Of a DNA stretch of 64,000 nucleotides, positions 43,945-53,689 are shown piece after piece. Both the position numbers and the translations under genes were made by a program. Under the pieces are notes generated by a model, which was not told the DNA's origin, searched no databases, and saw only the letters and a list, made by a program, of their open reading frames with translations. The first letter of the stretch is position 1. Every line of letters begins with the position of its first letter. The stretch comes from Bordetella parapertussis (GTDB taxonomy: Bacteria; Pseudomonadota; Gammaproteobacteria; Burkholderiales; SG8-41), in contig CAMDSO010000006.1 in assembly GCA_945906935.1 (NCBI GenBank), positions 1,498-65,497 on the forward strand. Reading direction: 5' to 3'.

Positions 43945-44904
43945 TCAGCGTTGAGCGCGTGGTTTGCGCAGGCGCGCCATGCGGGCATGAAATTCCAGCA
44001 CATTGGGTTTGTGCGGGTCGCCGCTGAACTCACGATAAAGTGTGGCAACGTTGACGATCACGCGCTCGCTGTCGATCCATTCGCGAAACCCGTCAAGCGA
44101 AATATCCAAACCCGCCTCTGCTTCACTCATGCCGGCGTCGTAACGCTTACGCGCCTCGACGGTCAGATATTCGAAATAGTGTTTGACGGCGCGAACACCC
44201 GCCTTGTCGGTGACCGGCCCGTGGCCCGGCACGATGACATCGACATCCCAGGCGAGTATTTTTTCGCAGGCAGCGATCCAGTTTGAAATCGGTCCGTCCC
44301 ACGACACCGGATGACCGCCGATAAATAAAATGTCTCCAGTGAACACCGTGCGTTCGGCCGGCAGGTGCACCAGCACGTCGCCGCGCGTATGCGCCGGCCC
44401 GACCATCGTCAGGCGCACCTCTTTGCCGCCCACCCTTACGGTGAGCTCGTCATCAAAGATCTCGGTCGGCGGCGTATAGACGAGGCCTTCAAAATCGAAG
44501 ATGCCGTCGTAGAGATCATGCCAGGCAGCCCCCGCCTCGCCGTAATCGCGCCAGTTGCGCATCATCGCCGCACGTTCCTCTGGCGGCCTCTGTTCCATTT
44601 CCTCGGCGCAGGCGCGACTGGCGATCATGCGCGCACCGGCAAGCAGCTGGTTGCCGTAGGTGTGGTCACCGTTAGAATGCGTATTAACGAGCGTACCGAT
44701 ACGCGCCGCCGCAGGCACCGCGGCACGATAGCCGTCGAGCATCTCGCGCGTATGCGCCAAATCCATCAGCGTGTCGACCAGCAGCGTCTCGCCGCCGTCG
44801 ACGATCAAGCCCGAGTTGCTGAACCCCCAGCCGCCATCCGGCTGCAACCAAGCATAACAACCATTGCCGATGTCATGCAGACCTTTTTTATATTGCGATG
44901 CCAT
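43945..44904 (-). CDS. MBL-fold metallo-hydrolase (cyclase-like)
   Basis: GGWGFSNSG, NTHSNGDH, AHTRGD, TGD, VPGHG. Confidence 0.9.
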   Translation of the reverse strand: MASQYKKGLHDIGNGCYAWLQPDGGWGFSNSGLIVDGGETLLVDTLMDLAHTREMLDGYRAAVPAAARIGTLVNTHSNGDHTYGNQLLAGARMIASRACAEEMEQRPPEERAAMMRNWRDYGEAGAAWHDLYDGIFDFEGLVYTPPTEIFDDELTVRVGGKEVRLTMVGPAHTRGDVLVHLPAERTVFTGDILFIGGHPVSWDGPISNWIAACEKILAWDVDVIVPGHGPVTDKAGVRAVKHYFEYLTVEARKRYDAGMSEAEAGLDISLDGFREWIDSERVIVNVATLYREFSGDPHKPNVLEFHARMARLRKPRAQR

Positions 44905-45049
44905 TTCATCTGCTCCCGCCACCTGAAAGCGTCGAAGCATAACTGATCGGCCGCCCGCGCGGTTCACCCAAGCATTTTGGCTTGCAACGCCCGGGGCCTG
45001 TATCCGGGTTGCAGCAGGATTTAGTCCACCAGCAGTATTGGCAGTCACC

Positions 45050-45248
45050 GATAACATCGCGTGACATCCTGACAAAGTTGCACGCCGAAATAGCCAAAGC
45101 GCTGGCGAATCCGGAATTGCGCGAACGTTATCAATCTACCGGGCTGGAACCCATCGGTAACACCTCGGATCAGTTTGCAGCTGCAATCCGTGAAGACACC
45201 GCACGCTGGGGCAAGGTTGCGCGCACCGCCAATGTGCGTGCGGAATAA
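45050..45248 (+). pseudogene. C-terminal remnant of a Bug/TctC gene
   Basis: TSRDILTKLHAEIAKAL...GLEPIGNTSDQFAAAIREDTARWGKVARTANVRAE* resembles Bug C-termini; no 5' part. Confidence 0.8.
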
Positions 45249-45262
45249 GGAATCCCCGCCCG

Positions 45263-45463
45263 TTACTTGTCGTCTTCTTTTTCAGCGCGGCGCTGCGTCT
45301 GCTGTACCGCGTCTTCGATTTTTTCCTTGGCCTGCTCCATTGTTTTTTGACCTGCCTCGATCTCGTTTTTCTTGATCGTGACGGCAGTAGCCGCGCTACC
45401 TGCGGTTTCGACGCCACAAGCAGCGAGCAGAAAAAACAAGGTAAACGCAACGGCTTTAGTCAT
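45263..45463 (-). CDS. small lipoprotein, unknown function
   Basis: Lipobox LAAC followed by a coiled-coil-like helix. Confidence 0.75.
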   Translation of the reverse strand: MTKAVAFTLFFLLAACGVETAGSAATAVTIKKNEIEAGQKTMEQAKEKIEDAVQQTQRRAEKEDDK

Positions 45464-45530
45464 ACCATTTCGAGACATATTGTGATGTATTGGGATCCGG
45501 CGCATGCTGACCCGGCAGGACGCCTAAAAC

Positions 45531-46502
45531 TCATTCGATTTCAATCTGGGCGGCCTTGACGACGCGGCGCCATTTATCGATCTCCGCGCTGAATTTGGCG
45601 CGAAACTCTGGCGGCGTCGTGCCGGCCGGCTCTACGCCAAGCGTCTGCCAGCGCTCGGCCATCGCCGGCGTGCGGACAATGCGCGTCACATCAGCGGCAA
45701 CGCGCGTCACCACCGCGGCAGGTGTGCCTCGTGGCGCGAACAATCCGTACCAGACGTCCACCTCATAACCAGTCACACCCGATTCGTGCAGCGTAGGTAT
45801 CTCAGGCAGCATCGGCGATCGTTTAAGCCCGCTGGTAGCAAGCGGCTTGACGCGGGCCGTCTTGATCATCGGCAGCTGGATCGGAATGCCGCCAAGATAG
45901 ATTGATAACTGCCCGCCGATCAAATCGTTCTGCGCCTGGGGTCCACTCTTGTAGGGCACATGCACAATTTGCACCCCGGCGAGCATATTAAATAGCTCAC
46001 CCGCCATATGGTCGGAGCTGCCGGTGCCACCACCCGATCCGAAACTCAACTGCCCGGGGCGTGCCTTCGCAAAAGCCACCAGTTCGCGCACCGTGTTCAA
46101 CGCTGAGCCAGCGGCCACCACCAGCACGTTGCCACGCGACGATATCTGCGTCACTGGTTCAAAATCACGCAGCACTTCATACGGCATTTTTCGGTAGACC
46201 GAGGGGCTGATGGCAAATGAACTCGACGCAAACAAAACGGTATAACCGTCGGGGGCGGCCTTCGCCACGGTTTCGGCGCCGATATTGCCGCCAGCCCCGG
46301 CCCGGTTGTCAACGATCACCGGCTGCCCCCAGGCCTCATTAAGTTTTTGCGCGAGCACACGCGCAATGATATCCATGCTGCTGCCGGGACCGATCGGTAC
46401 TACGATACGCACGGGGCGCTGAGGAAAATCCACCGCCTGTGCGGCACACAGAGTGGCCAGCACCAGACCGCCCGCCAGATTGATCGAGGCATACCATTTC
46501 AT
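45531..46502 (-). CDS. Bug/TctC family substrate-binding protein
   Basis: FPQRPVRIVVP, DNRAGAGG, APDGYT, HVPYKS. Confidence 0.92.
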   Translation of the reverse strand: MKWYASINLAGGLVLATLCAAQAVDFPQRPVRIVVPIGPGSSMDIIARVLAQKLNEAWGQPVIVDNRAGAGGNIGAETVAKAAPDGYTVLFASSSFAISPSVYRKMPYEVLRDFEPVTQISSRGNVLVVAAGSALNTVRELVAFAKARPGQLSFGSGGGTGSSDHMAGELFNMLAGVQIVHVPYKSGPQAQNDLIGGQLSIYLGGIPIQLPMIKTARVKPLATSGLKRSPMLPEIPTLHESGVTGYEVDVWYGLFAPRGTPAAVVTRVAADVTRIVRTPAMAERWQTLGVEPAGTTPPEFRAKFSAEIDKWRRVVKAAQIEIE

Positions 46503-46514
46503 CAGTAATCCGCC

Positions 46515-47483
46515 CTATTCCACTTTTAATTTGAGCGACCGCACTATGCGGCCGTTCTTTTGCATTTCACTGCGTATGAATATATCGAATTCTGCCGGCG
46601 TCATGGCCCCTGCGGTCAGGCCGACGCGAGACAGCACGTCATTGACCTCCGGTAACTGCAAGGCGCGCCCGATCTCCGCACTCATGCGATCGATCACCGG
46701 TTTGGCAGTGCCGCCGCGGAACATGGCGCCAAACCAGTTCGTCGCATCAAAACCTGGATAACCGGATTCTGCAACCGTTGGCACCTTCGGCACGGCAGCC
46801 GACCGCGCCAGCGAGGTCACGGCAATCGCACGCATGCGTCCCGACGGCAGATACGGTGAACACTCGAGAACATTGGCAACCATCATGCTAGTGTGTCCTC
46901 CGAGCAAGGCCACCGTCGCCGGACCGCCACCACCGTAGGGGACGTTGATCAACTCAATGTTAGCGGTCTCGCGAAAGAGTTCGCCGGCAATGCGTCCGCC
47001 ACCAAGGATGCTGGCCACACCCCACGTCAACTCTCGCGGACGGGCACGTGCCAGGGCCACCAGTTCCTTGACGCTATGCGCCGGTAGGGAGGGATGCACG
47101 CAAATGATCAAAGGGTTGTAGGCGACGCGGCTCACCCCGGCCAGATCAGTCAGCGAGTCGTAGGGCAGCCGCGCCTGCGCCGATGGGTTGACGGTAAAAC
47201 TGGTGGCCATCAACAACAGCGTGTTACCGTCGGTCGGCGCACGCACCACGACCTCGGTCCCGATCACGGTGTTCGCACCCGGACGATTGTCGATCACCAT
47301 GTTTTGGCCAAGCGCGCGGGTGAGCGGTGCCGACAAGGCGCGCGCCAGCGTGTCAACCGCGCCGCCAGGAGGAAACGGCACCACCACCCGCAAAGGCCTG
47401 CCCTCCTGCGCGATCGCACCCGCGCTCAGGCAAAACAGCGCAAAACTGACCATCCTGACAAATAAATATATCCGTCTCATCAT
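46515..47483 (-). CDS. Bug/TctC family substrate-binding protein
   Basis: VVPFPPGGAVD, DNRPGA, VPYGGGG. Confidence 0.92.
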   Translation of the reverse strand: MMRRIYLFVRMVSFALFCLSAGAIAQEGRPLRVVVPFPPGGAVDTLARALSAPLTRALGQNMVIDNRPGANTVIGTEVVVRAPTDGNTLLLMATSFTVNPSAQARLPYDSLTDLAGVSRVAYNPLIICVHPSLPAHSVKELVALARARPRELTWGVASILGGGRIAGELFRETANIELINVPYGGGGPATVALLGGHTSMMVANVLECSPYLPSGRMRAIAVTSLARSAAVPKVPTVAESGYPGFDATNWFGAMFRGGTAKPVIDRMSAEIGRALQLPEVNDVLSRVGLTAGAMTPAEFDIFIRSEMQKNGRIVRSLKLKVE

Positions 47484-48458
47484 CTACTCCGCAGTGGCTC
47501 CCGCAGCTTTCAGAACCTTGCCGCGGATGACAATTTCATCCCTCACCATACGATTGAATTCGGCCGCCGAGGTGGGCTTTGCCAGAGCGCCCAGTGCTGC
47601 CAATCGTTCCGCAACCTCGGCGTTACGCAAAATAACGCCAACGTCGGCCGACAAACGTTCGATCACACTGGCGGGTGTTCGCGCTGGTGCGATGAGCCCG
47701 TACCAGCCTTCGTAATTAAAACCGGCGAGCGCGGCCTCGGACACGGTCGGCACGTCAGGCAGAATCGGTGCGCGTTCTCGCGTGGTAACGGCGAGACCGG
47801 CAAGGCGGCCACTGCGCACCAAGGGCACTGCGGGGACGGTGGGGGTAACGACAAAATGGATGCGGCCTGCAATCGTATCGTTGATAGCTTCCGGTGTGCC
47901 TTTGTAAGGCACATGCACCGTGTTGATACCGGCGGTCATTCTGAACAGCTCACCGCCGACATGCGTGCCGCTGCCGATGCCGGATGAACCGTAATTGATT
48001 TGACCAGGCTTTTGTTGCGCCAGTGTGATGAGCTCGCGCAGGGTCTTGATGCCGTTGCCTGCAGCAGTGCCAATGAGCATCGGCGTGCTGCCGATTTGCG
48101 TCACGCCGGTGAAGTCGCGCAGCGTGTCGTAGGGCAGTTTTGGATAGAGTGCGGCGCTGCCGGCAAACACCGATGACGCAAACAACAGGGTGTGACCATC
48201 CGGCAGAGCACCGGCTACGATGCCACCAGCCACGGTGCCGCCGGCACTGGGACGGTTGTCTACCACCACCTGCTGGCCCCATCGATCTGCAAGCCGCGGC
48301 GCAATCATGCGTGCAATCACATCAGTCGCGCTGCCAGGAGTGAACGGCACCACAATGCGCACCGGCTTCGAAGGGTATGTCTGCGCACAGGCTTGATACG
48401 TGATCAATGCTGTTGCCGCCGCCAATACCACCAGCCGTCGTTCAATCGTTTGCCGCAT
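47484..48458 (-). CDS. Bug/TctC family substrate-binding protein
   Basis: YPSKPVRIVVPFTPGSATD, PDGHT, HVPYKG. Confidence 0.92.
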   Translation of the reverse strand: MRQTIERRLVVLAAATALITYQACAQTYPSKPVRIVVPFTPGSATDVIARMIAPRLADRWGQQVVVDNRPSAGGTVAGGIVAGALPDGHTLLFASSVFAGSAALYPKLPYDTLRDFTGVTQIGSTPMLIGTAAGNGIKTLRELITLAQQKPGQINYGSSGIGSGTHVGGELFRMTAGINTVHVPYKGTPEAINDTIAGRIHFVVTPTVPAVPLVRSGRLAGLAVTTRERAPILPDVPTVSEAALAGFNYEGWYGLIAPARTPASVIERLSADVGVILRNAEVAERLAALGALAKPTSAAEFNRMVRDEIVIRGKVLKAAGATAE

Positions 48459-48535
48459 GCTCCTCCCGCATCGACCAGCATTGATCATCACTCGGCAGCA
48501 TACAGCATATGCTACGCGCCAAACTGCGGTAACGA

Positions 48536-49633
48536 CTAGCCGACGCGCAGCTTCGCGATCATGGCCGGATCAGGATCGAGCCCGAGTCCGGGGGCTTGCG
48601 GAACTGCAATCCGACCGTTGGCGTCTGGATTGATCGCATCATGCAGCGGGTTCTCGGCAAAGTCTGCATCGTAGCGCTCCACCGGGGTTTCATTAGTCAT
48701 CGCCGCAATACAGTGTATCGACGCCAGTAAGCCCGGACCAAAGTACGCCGAATGGGGCACCACATTGACGCCGAATGCTTCGGCCATCGCCATCACCTTG
48801 CGCATCTGCGTCACGCCGCCAACCTTGGTTACGCTGGGTTGTGCGTAGGTAATCGCACCATGTTCAAACAGGCTCTTGAATTCCGGCAACATGGCGTTTT
48901 CACCCGCCGCCGTCGCGATACCACCTTCACTTTGCACGCGCGCGAGGCCGCGATGGTCCTCTGGCGGCCATATCGGTTCTTCGAGCCATTTGAGGTTCAG
49001 TGGTGCCAGCTTTTTTGCCATCACAACCGCCTCATCGATCGTCCATGGGCAGTTGCAGTCAACCATCAGTGGAATATCGGCCCCCGCCACATCACGCGCG
49101 GCCTTGATCGGCGCCTCGGTAATTTCGTGCAGCTTGAGCTGGCGGTAACCGCGTTTAAGCGCACGCTCCGTGTAGTGGCTAACAGCGCGCACCTCTCCAT
49201 AACGCAAGAGACTTGCGTAGGCGGGAAGATCTCTGCGTGGCGAACCACCGAGCAGGCGATACAACGGCAGTCCGGCCAGTTTGCCCGCGATGTCCCACAA
49301 CGCAATATCAATCGCCGACAGCGCATACATGGCAGGGCCGTTGCGGCCGACACCGCCGAGATTTCGCTGCAACTGATCAACCAGCATATTGATTTCAGTC
49401 GGGTCACGACCGATACACATCGGACCAATGAAGGAATCAATCGCCGCTTTAGTGGCTGTATAGATGCGGTGCCCGAAGCCCTCCCCCCATCCAGTGACAC
49501 CTTCGTCGGTATCGATCCGCACCAGCAGTGTTTCCATGCTGGTGCGCGTTACGCCGCTCGTCTTGGGCAATACGTCGCCCTCGATCAGCATCGGGGCGCT
49601 GACAACGATCGTCTCAACCGCGGTAATTTTCAT
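48536..49633 (-). CDS. mandelate racemase/muconate lactonizing enzyme family (enolase superfamily)
   Basis: TDEGVTGWGE, IDIALWDI, MVDCN, WLEEP, AAGEN, KVGG. Confidence 0.92.
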   Translation of the reverse strand: MKITAVETIVVSAPMLIEGDVLPKTSGVTRTSMETLLVRIDTDEGVTGWGEGFGHRIYTATKAAIDSFIGPMCIGRDPTEINMLVDQLQRNLGGVGRNGPAMYALSAIDIALWDIAGKLAGLPLYRLLGGSPRRDLPAYASLLRYGEVRAVSHYTERALKRGYRQLKLHEITEAPIKAARDVAGADIPLMVDCNCPWTIDEAVVMAKKLAPLNLKWLEEPIWPPEDHRGLARVQSEGGIATAAGENAMLPEFKSLFEHGAITYAQPSVTKVGGVTQMRKVMAMAEAFGVNVVPHSAYFGPGLLASIHCIAAMTNETPVERYDADFAENPLHDAINPDANGRIAVPQAPGLGLDPDPAMIAKLRVG

Positions 49634-49671
49634 GCCGGAAGCTCCCTGGTAACCGCCTGAATTTCAAAAGT

Positions 49672-50238
49672 CTACAACCCAAAACCAAGTTGCACTCCCG
49701 TGTCGTAGACGATAGTGTCTTTGCCGATCATCCGCGCTTCCGGACGCATCACGTGTTGGCGCACATCACCAGTACTATATATGTGCAGAACCCGCACGCC
49801 GCGCAATAAAAGAGCATCTGCAATAAATGATCGGTGACAGTGTAAGGGTTCCTTTTCGGCGCACATGAAGGCCAGCGTCTCGCGGCCGCCAGCTAGTGCC
49901 AATCTTTCGATACCACCCGTGAATCCGGCACCCTCCATATAGTCCGCATAGCCGCGTAACGTAGGATCCGTCAAGGCAACGTGTGGAGATACGGGATCCG
50001 GCCGCCGCATACCGCCGAGCGCCTCCCCCTCCCAAAGGTAACGGATACGCTCCGCCTTGAGTGCCGGCTCCAGCGCAATGCGCGTGAATTGGGGGTGCCG
50101 TTTTGACGATGGGTAGGAACGAACGTCGACCAAGCAAACAACACCAACCGCCACCAGCAGCGATACGAACTCGCTACAAATTCGACTACCGTGACCGATT
50201 GAATAGACGGTGACTTGCTCTGAAGTGGCTAAATTCAT
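49672..50238 (-). CDS. DUF488 family protein
   Basis: YSIGHG, DVRSYPSS, LGGMR, MCAE....CHR. Confidence 0.88.
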   Translation of the reverse strand: MNLATSEQVTVYSIGHGSRICSEFVSLLVAVGVVCLVDVRSYPSSKRHPQFTRIALEPALKAERIRYLWEGEALGGMRRPDPVSPHVALTDPTLRGYADYMEGAGFTGGIERLALAGGRETLAFMCAEKEPLHCHRSFIADALLLRGVRVLHIYSTGDVRQHVMRPEARMIGKDTIVYDTGVQLGFGL

Positions 50239-50249
50239 TTGGCACCAAG

Positions 50250-50275
50250 AAAAAAGCCGGCATTAAGCCGGCTTT
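50250..50275 (-). terminator. alpha operon terminator
   Basis: GCCGGC-TTAAT-GCCGGC-T6 after rplQ. Confidence 0.85.
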
Positions 50276-50293
50276 GATCGAATCAACGTGCAA

Positions 50294-50692
50294 CTACTCT
50301 ACGCTAACTGCCGCACTCGCGTCCTCGGTCTGATCGGGCCTATCCATCAGCTCTACAAGTGCCATGGGCGCGTTATCACCCTTACGAAAGCCAAACTTCA
50401 AAATCCGCAGATAGCCACCGTTACGCTTGGAGTAGCGCGGGCCAAGTTCGCCAAACAACTTGACAACCATCTCACGGTCGCGCAAGCGGTTAAAAGCGAT
50501 ACGGCGGTTGGCCAGCGAGGGCTTTTTACCGAGTGTAAGTATCGGCTCCGCAACCCGGCGTAACTCCTTGGCCTTTGGCAGAGTTGTTTTAATGACTTCG
50601 TGCCGCAAAAGCGATACGGTCATATTACGCAGCATCGCCAAGCGATGGCTGCTGGTGCGGTTGAGTTTCCGTAAACCGAGACGATGACGCAT
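50294..50692 (-). CDS. rplQ: 50S ribosomal protein L17
   Basis: [14 protein letters not shown]; [10 protein letters not shown]. Confidence 0.98.
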   Translation of the reverse strand: MRHRLGLRKLNRTSSHRLAMLRNMTVSLLRHEVIKTTLPKAKELRRVAEPILTLGKKPSLANRRIAFNRLRDREMVVKLFGELGPRYSKRNGGYLRILKFGFRKGDNAPMALVELMDRPDQTEDASAAVSVE

Positions 50693-50701
50693 ATTGTCCT
50701 C

Positions 50702-51700
50702 TTAAGCTTTCTCGAGACCGGCAGGCGGCCAGTTCTCAAGGCGCATACCCAACGTCAACCCGCGCGACGCCAGAACTTCCTTGATTTCGTTAAGCGACTT
50801 GCGACCGAGATTGGGCGTTTTAAGCAGCTCATTCTCGGTTCGCTGTATCAGGTCGCCGATGTAATAGATGTTTTCAGCTTTCAGGCAGTTTGCCGAGCGT
50901 ACCGTCAATTCAAGATCATCTACCGGACGCAGAAGTATCGGATCAATCTGCTGTGCTTTAGGCGTTTCCGCAAGCGCCGGAGTGCCCTTCAAATCGGCAA
51001 ACACCACCAACTGATCGACCAGGATGCGCGCCGCATAACGGATCGCTTCTTCCGGTTCAATCGCGCCGTTGGTTTCAATATCGACAATCAACTTGTCCAG
51101 ATCGGTACGCTGTTCGACACGAGCAGAATCAACCTGATAGCTGACACGACGCACTGGACTAAACGACGCGTCCAGAACAATATTGCCAACCGCGCGTGAC
51201 GTCGCCGCCTCGAGCAAAGGATCGCCACGGTTAGTACGCACGGTGCCAGGAACATATCCACGGCCATGCTCAACTTTAATCTGCATGTCAAGTTTCCCAC
51301 CGACACTCAGGTGAGCAATAACGTGATCCGGATTGACGATCTCAACGTCGTGCATCGCCTCGATATCCTTGGCCGTGACGATACCTTCACCGTCCTTCTT
51401 CAACGTCAACGTAACCTCTTCGCGGTTGTGCAACTTAAGCACAATACCCTTGAGATTAAGCAGCAAATCGACAACGTCTTCCTGAACGCCATCAATGGTG
51501 GAGTACTCGTGCAAAACACCACTGATCTTGACCTCGGTCGGCGCATAGCCGGGCATCGAGGAAAGTAATACACGACGCAACGCGTTGCCAAGCGTATGCC
51601 CGTAGCCACGCTCGAATGGCTCCATCGTCACCTTCGCGTGGAACGGCGAGATGTTCTGCACGTCGATAATGCGAGGTTTGAGAAATGAACTGCTTTGCAT
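50702..51700 (-). CDS. rpoA: RNA polymerase alpha subunit
   Basis: [17 protein letters not shown]; [12 protein letters not shown]. Confidence 0.98.
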   Translation of the reverse strand: MQSSSFLKPRIIDVQNISPFHAKVTMEPFERGYGHTLGNALRRVLLSSMPGYAPTEVKISGVLHEYSTIDGVQEDVVDLLLNLKGIVLKLHNREEVTLTLKKDGEGIVTAKDIEAMHDVEIVNPDHVIAHLSVGGKLDMQIKVEHGRGYVPGTVRTNRGDPLLEAATSRAVGNIVLDASFSPVRRVSYQVDSARVEQRTDLDKLIVDIETNGAIEPEEAIRYAARILVDQLVVFADLKGTPALAETPKAQQIDPILLRPVDDLELTVRSANCLKAENIYYIGDLIQRTENELLKTPNLGRKSLNEIKEVLASRGLTLGMRLENWPPAGLEKA

Positions 51701-51802
51701 GGCCTGATCCTCTGACAATTAAGCATCTCCCGGCACAATCACCGGAAAACGCAGCCGCCGATGGGGAACGCGGGGGACTTAGTCACCCGCGCGTCCTATC
51801 GT

Positions 51803-52429
51803 TTATTTCGAGTAAAGCTCGATCACCAGCGATTCGTTGATTGTTGAAGGCAGATCGCTGCGCTGCGGCATGTTCTTGAACTTGCCCTTAAGCGCTGCAC
51901 TGTCCACCTCAAGCCATTCCGGGAAACCGCGACCTGCCCCAGCTTCCGCCGCCGCTTTGATCCGCAGATGCTCCTTAGCCTTGGGCGCCACTTCGACCAA
52001 ATCACCCGGACGTAGCTGGTATGACGGAATATTGACGCGCTTTCCGTTCACCAAGATGCCGTTGTGCCGCACGATCTGCCGAGCTTCCGAACGCGATGCC
52101 CCAAAGCCCATCTTGTAGGTGATGTTGTCTAGCCGGGACTCCAACGCGAACAGCAAATTCTCGCCGGTGATCCCTTTTTGCTGATCAGCCTTTTTGTAGA
52201 CTGTACGGAACTGACGTTCCAGCAAGCCGTAAATCCGGCGCACTTTCTGTTTTTCACGAAGTTGGACACCATACCCCGAAAGGCGGCTATTTTTCTGCCC
52301 GTGCTGACCCGGCGGATAGTTCCGGCGCTCAACGGCGCATTTGTCAGTGAAGCATTTGTCACCTTTGAGGAACAGTTTCTCCCCTTCGCGGCGGCATTGC
52401 CGGCATTTTGCGTCTAGATTTCTGGCCAC
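51803..52429 (-). CDS. rpsD: 30S ribosomal protein S4
   Basis: [15 protein letters not shown]; LESRLDN; IELYSK. Confidence 0.98.
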   Translation of the reverse strand: MARNLDAKCRQCRREGEKLFLKGDKCFTDKCAVERRNYPPGQHGQKNSRLSGYGVQLREKQKVRRIYGLLERQFRTVYKKADQQKGITGENLLFALESRLDNITYKMGFGASRSEARQIVRHNGILVNGKRVNIPSYQLRPGDLVEVAPKAKEHLRIKAAAEAGAGRGFPEWLEVDSAALKGKFKNMPQRSDLPSTINESLVIELYSK

Positions 52430-52441
52430 AGCCGATTCTCC

Positions 52442-52831
52442 TTAGATGCGACGCCGCTTCGGCGGGCGGCAACCATTATGCGGCACCGGCGTGACGTCGG
52501 CGATGCTTGTAATTTTGAAACCAAGAGCGTTAAGCGCACGCATCGCTGATTCGCGACCTGGCCCCGGGCCCTTAATACGAACCTCGAGATTCTTCACGCC
52601 ACACTCCTGCGCTACCTTACCCGCGTGCTCACCGGCAACCTGTGCTGCGAACGGGGTAGATTTGCGGGACCCCTTAAATCCGGCCGAACCGGACGTTGCC
52701 CAAGACAACGCATTACCCTGGCGATCGGTTATCGTAATAACGGTGTTATTAAAGGAAGCATGAATGTGGGCAATACCTTCCGCCACATTCTTCTTGACCT
52801 TCTTGCGCACCCTAGTATTTGCTTTTGCCAT
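52442..52831 (-). CDS. rpsK: 30S ribosomal protein S11
   Basis: ASFNNT; RKSTPFAAQ; PHNGCRPPK. Confidence 0.98.
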   Translation of the reverse strand: MAKANTRVRKKVKKNVAEGIAHIHASFNNTVITITDRQGNALSWATSGSAGFKGSRKSTPFAAQVAGEHAGKVAQECGVKNLEVRIKGPGPGRESAMRALNALGFKITSIADVTPVPHNGCRPPKRRRI

Positions 52832-52860
52832 ATTTTTAACTTTCCGTTCTCAGCGCTGCA

Positions 52861-53238
52861 TTACGCCGAAACTGCCTTCATGAGTTTAACCGCTGCCTTG
52901 CGCGGTCCCTTACGGGTGCGAGCATTGGTCCGAGTGCGCTGCCCACGGACAGGCAACCCGCGCCGATGCCGTAAACCCCTCCAAGTTCCCAGGTCCATCA
53001 AGCGCTTGATGTTCATCGACACCTCGCGACGCAGATCACCCTCGGTCGCGAATTTAGCAACCTGTTCGCGCAGTTTCTCCATCTCCGAGTCTGAGAGATC
53101 TTTGATCTTGGTTATCGTGTTAATACCTGCAGCAACACAGATCAAGCGCGCACGACTGCGCCCGACTCCAAAAATTGCCGTCAAGGCAATTTCAGCATGC
53201 TGATGATTTGGAATGTTTACCCCACCGATACGGGCCAT
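52861..53238 (-). CDS. rpsM: 30S ribosomal protein S13
   Basis: [10 protein letters not shown]; [18 protein letters not shown]. Confidence 0.98.
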   Translation of the reverse strand: MARIGGVNIPNHQHAEIALTAIFGVGRSRARLICVAAGINTITKIKDLSDSEMEKLREQVAKFATEGDLRREVSMNIKRLMDLGTWRGLRHRRGLPVRGQRTRTNARTRKGPRKAAVKLMKAVSA

Positions 53239-53287
53239 ATTCGTCTACCTTATTGCGGTCAATGCGCCAAAAAACAGAAAGCCCAAG

Positions 53288-53325
53288 ATTATAACCGGTT
53301 ACCTTGTTTCAGCATATGCTGAAAC
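53288..53325 (-). promoter_or_regulatory. alpha operon promoter region
   Basis: TATAAT at 53293-53288; weak -35 overlapped by a perfect 20-bp palindrome. Confidence 0.55.
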
Positions 53326-53330
53326 GTTGC

Positions 53331-53444
53331 CTACCCCTGGCGTTGCTTATGACGAGGGTCTTTGCAAATTATCCGCACAACACCCTTGCGGAGGATTATT
53401 TTGCAATTACGGCAAACCTTCTTTACCGAAGCGCGTACTTTCAT
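53331..53444 (-). CDS. rpmJ: 50S ribosomal protein L36 (not in ORF track)
   Basis: [37 protein letters not shown]. Confidence 0.97.
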   Translation of the reverse strand: MKVRASVKKVCRNCKIILRKGVVRIICKDPRHKQRQG

Positions 53445-53470
53445 AATTACTCCTTGCTATCCCGTCAGTA

Positions 53471-53689
53471 TCATTTCGCGCGAAACGTAATGCGACAGCG
53501 CGTTAAATCGTATGGTGACACTTCTACTGTCACCTTATCACCAGGCAGTATGCGTATATAGTGCATACGCATTTTCCCAGAGATATGGCCAAGCACAGTA
53601 TGGCCATTTTCCAGCTTTACCCGAAATGTTGCGTTTGGCAGGGTCTCAACTATCTCGCCCGCCATCTGGATCGTTTCTTCTTTAGACAT
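53471..53689 (-). CDS. infA: translation initiation factor IF-1
   Basis: [14 protein letters not shown]; [15 protein letters not shown]. Confidence 0.98.
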   Translation of the reverse strand: MSKEETIQMAGEIVETLPNATFRVKLENGHTVLGHISGKMRMHYIRILPGDKVTVEVSPYDLTRCRITFRAK

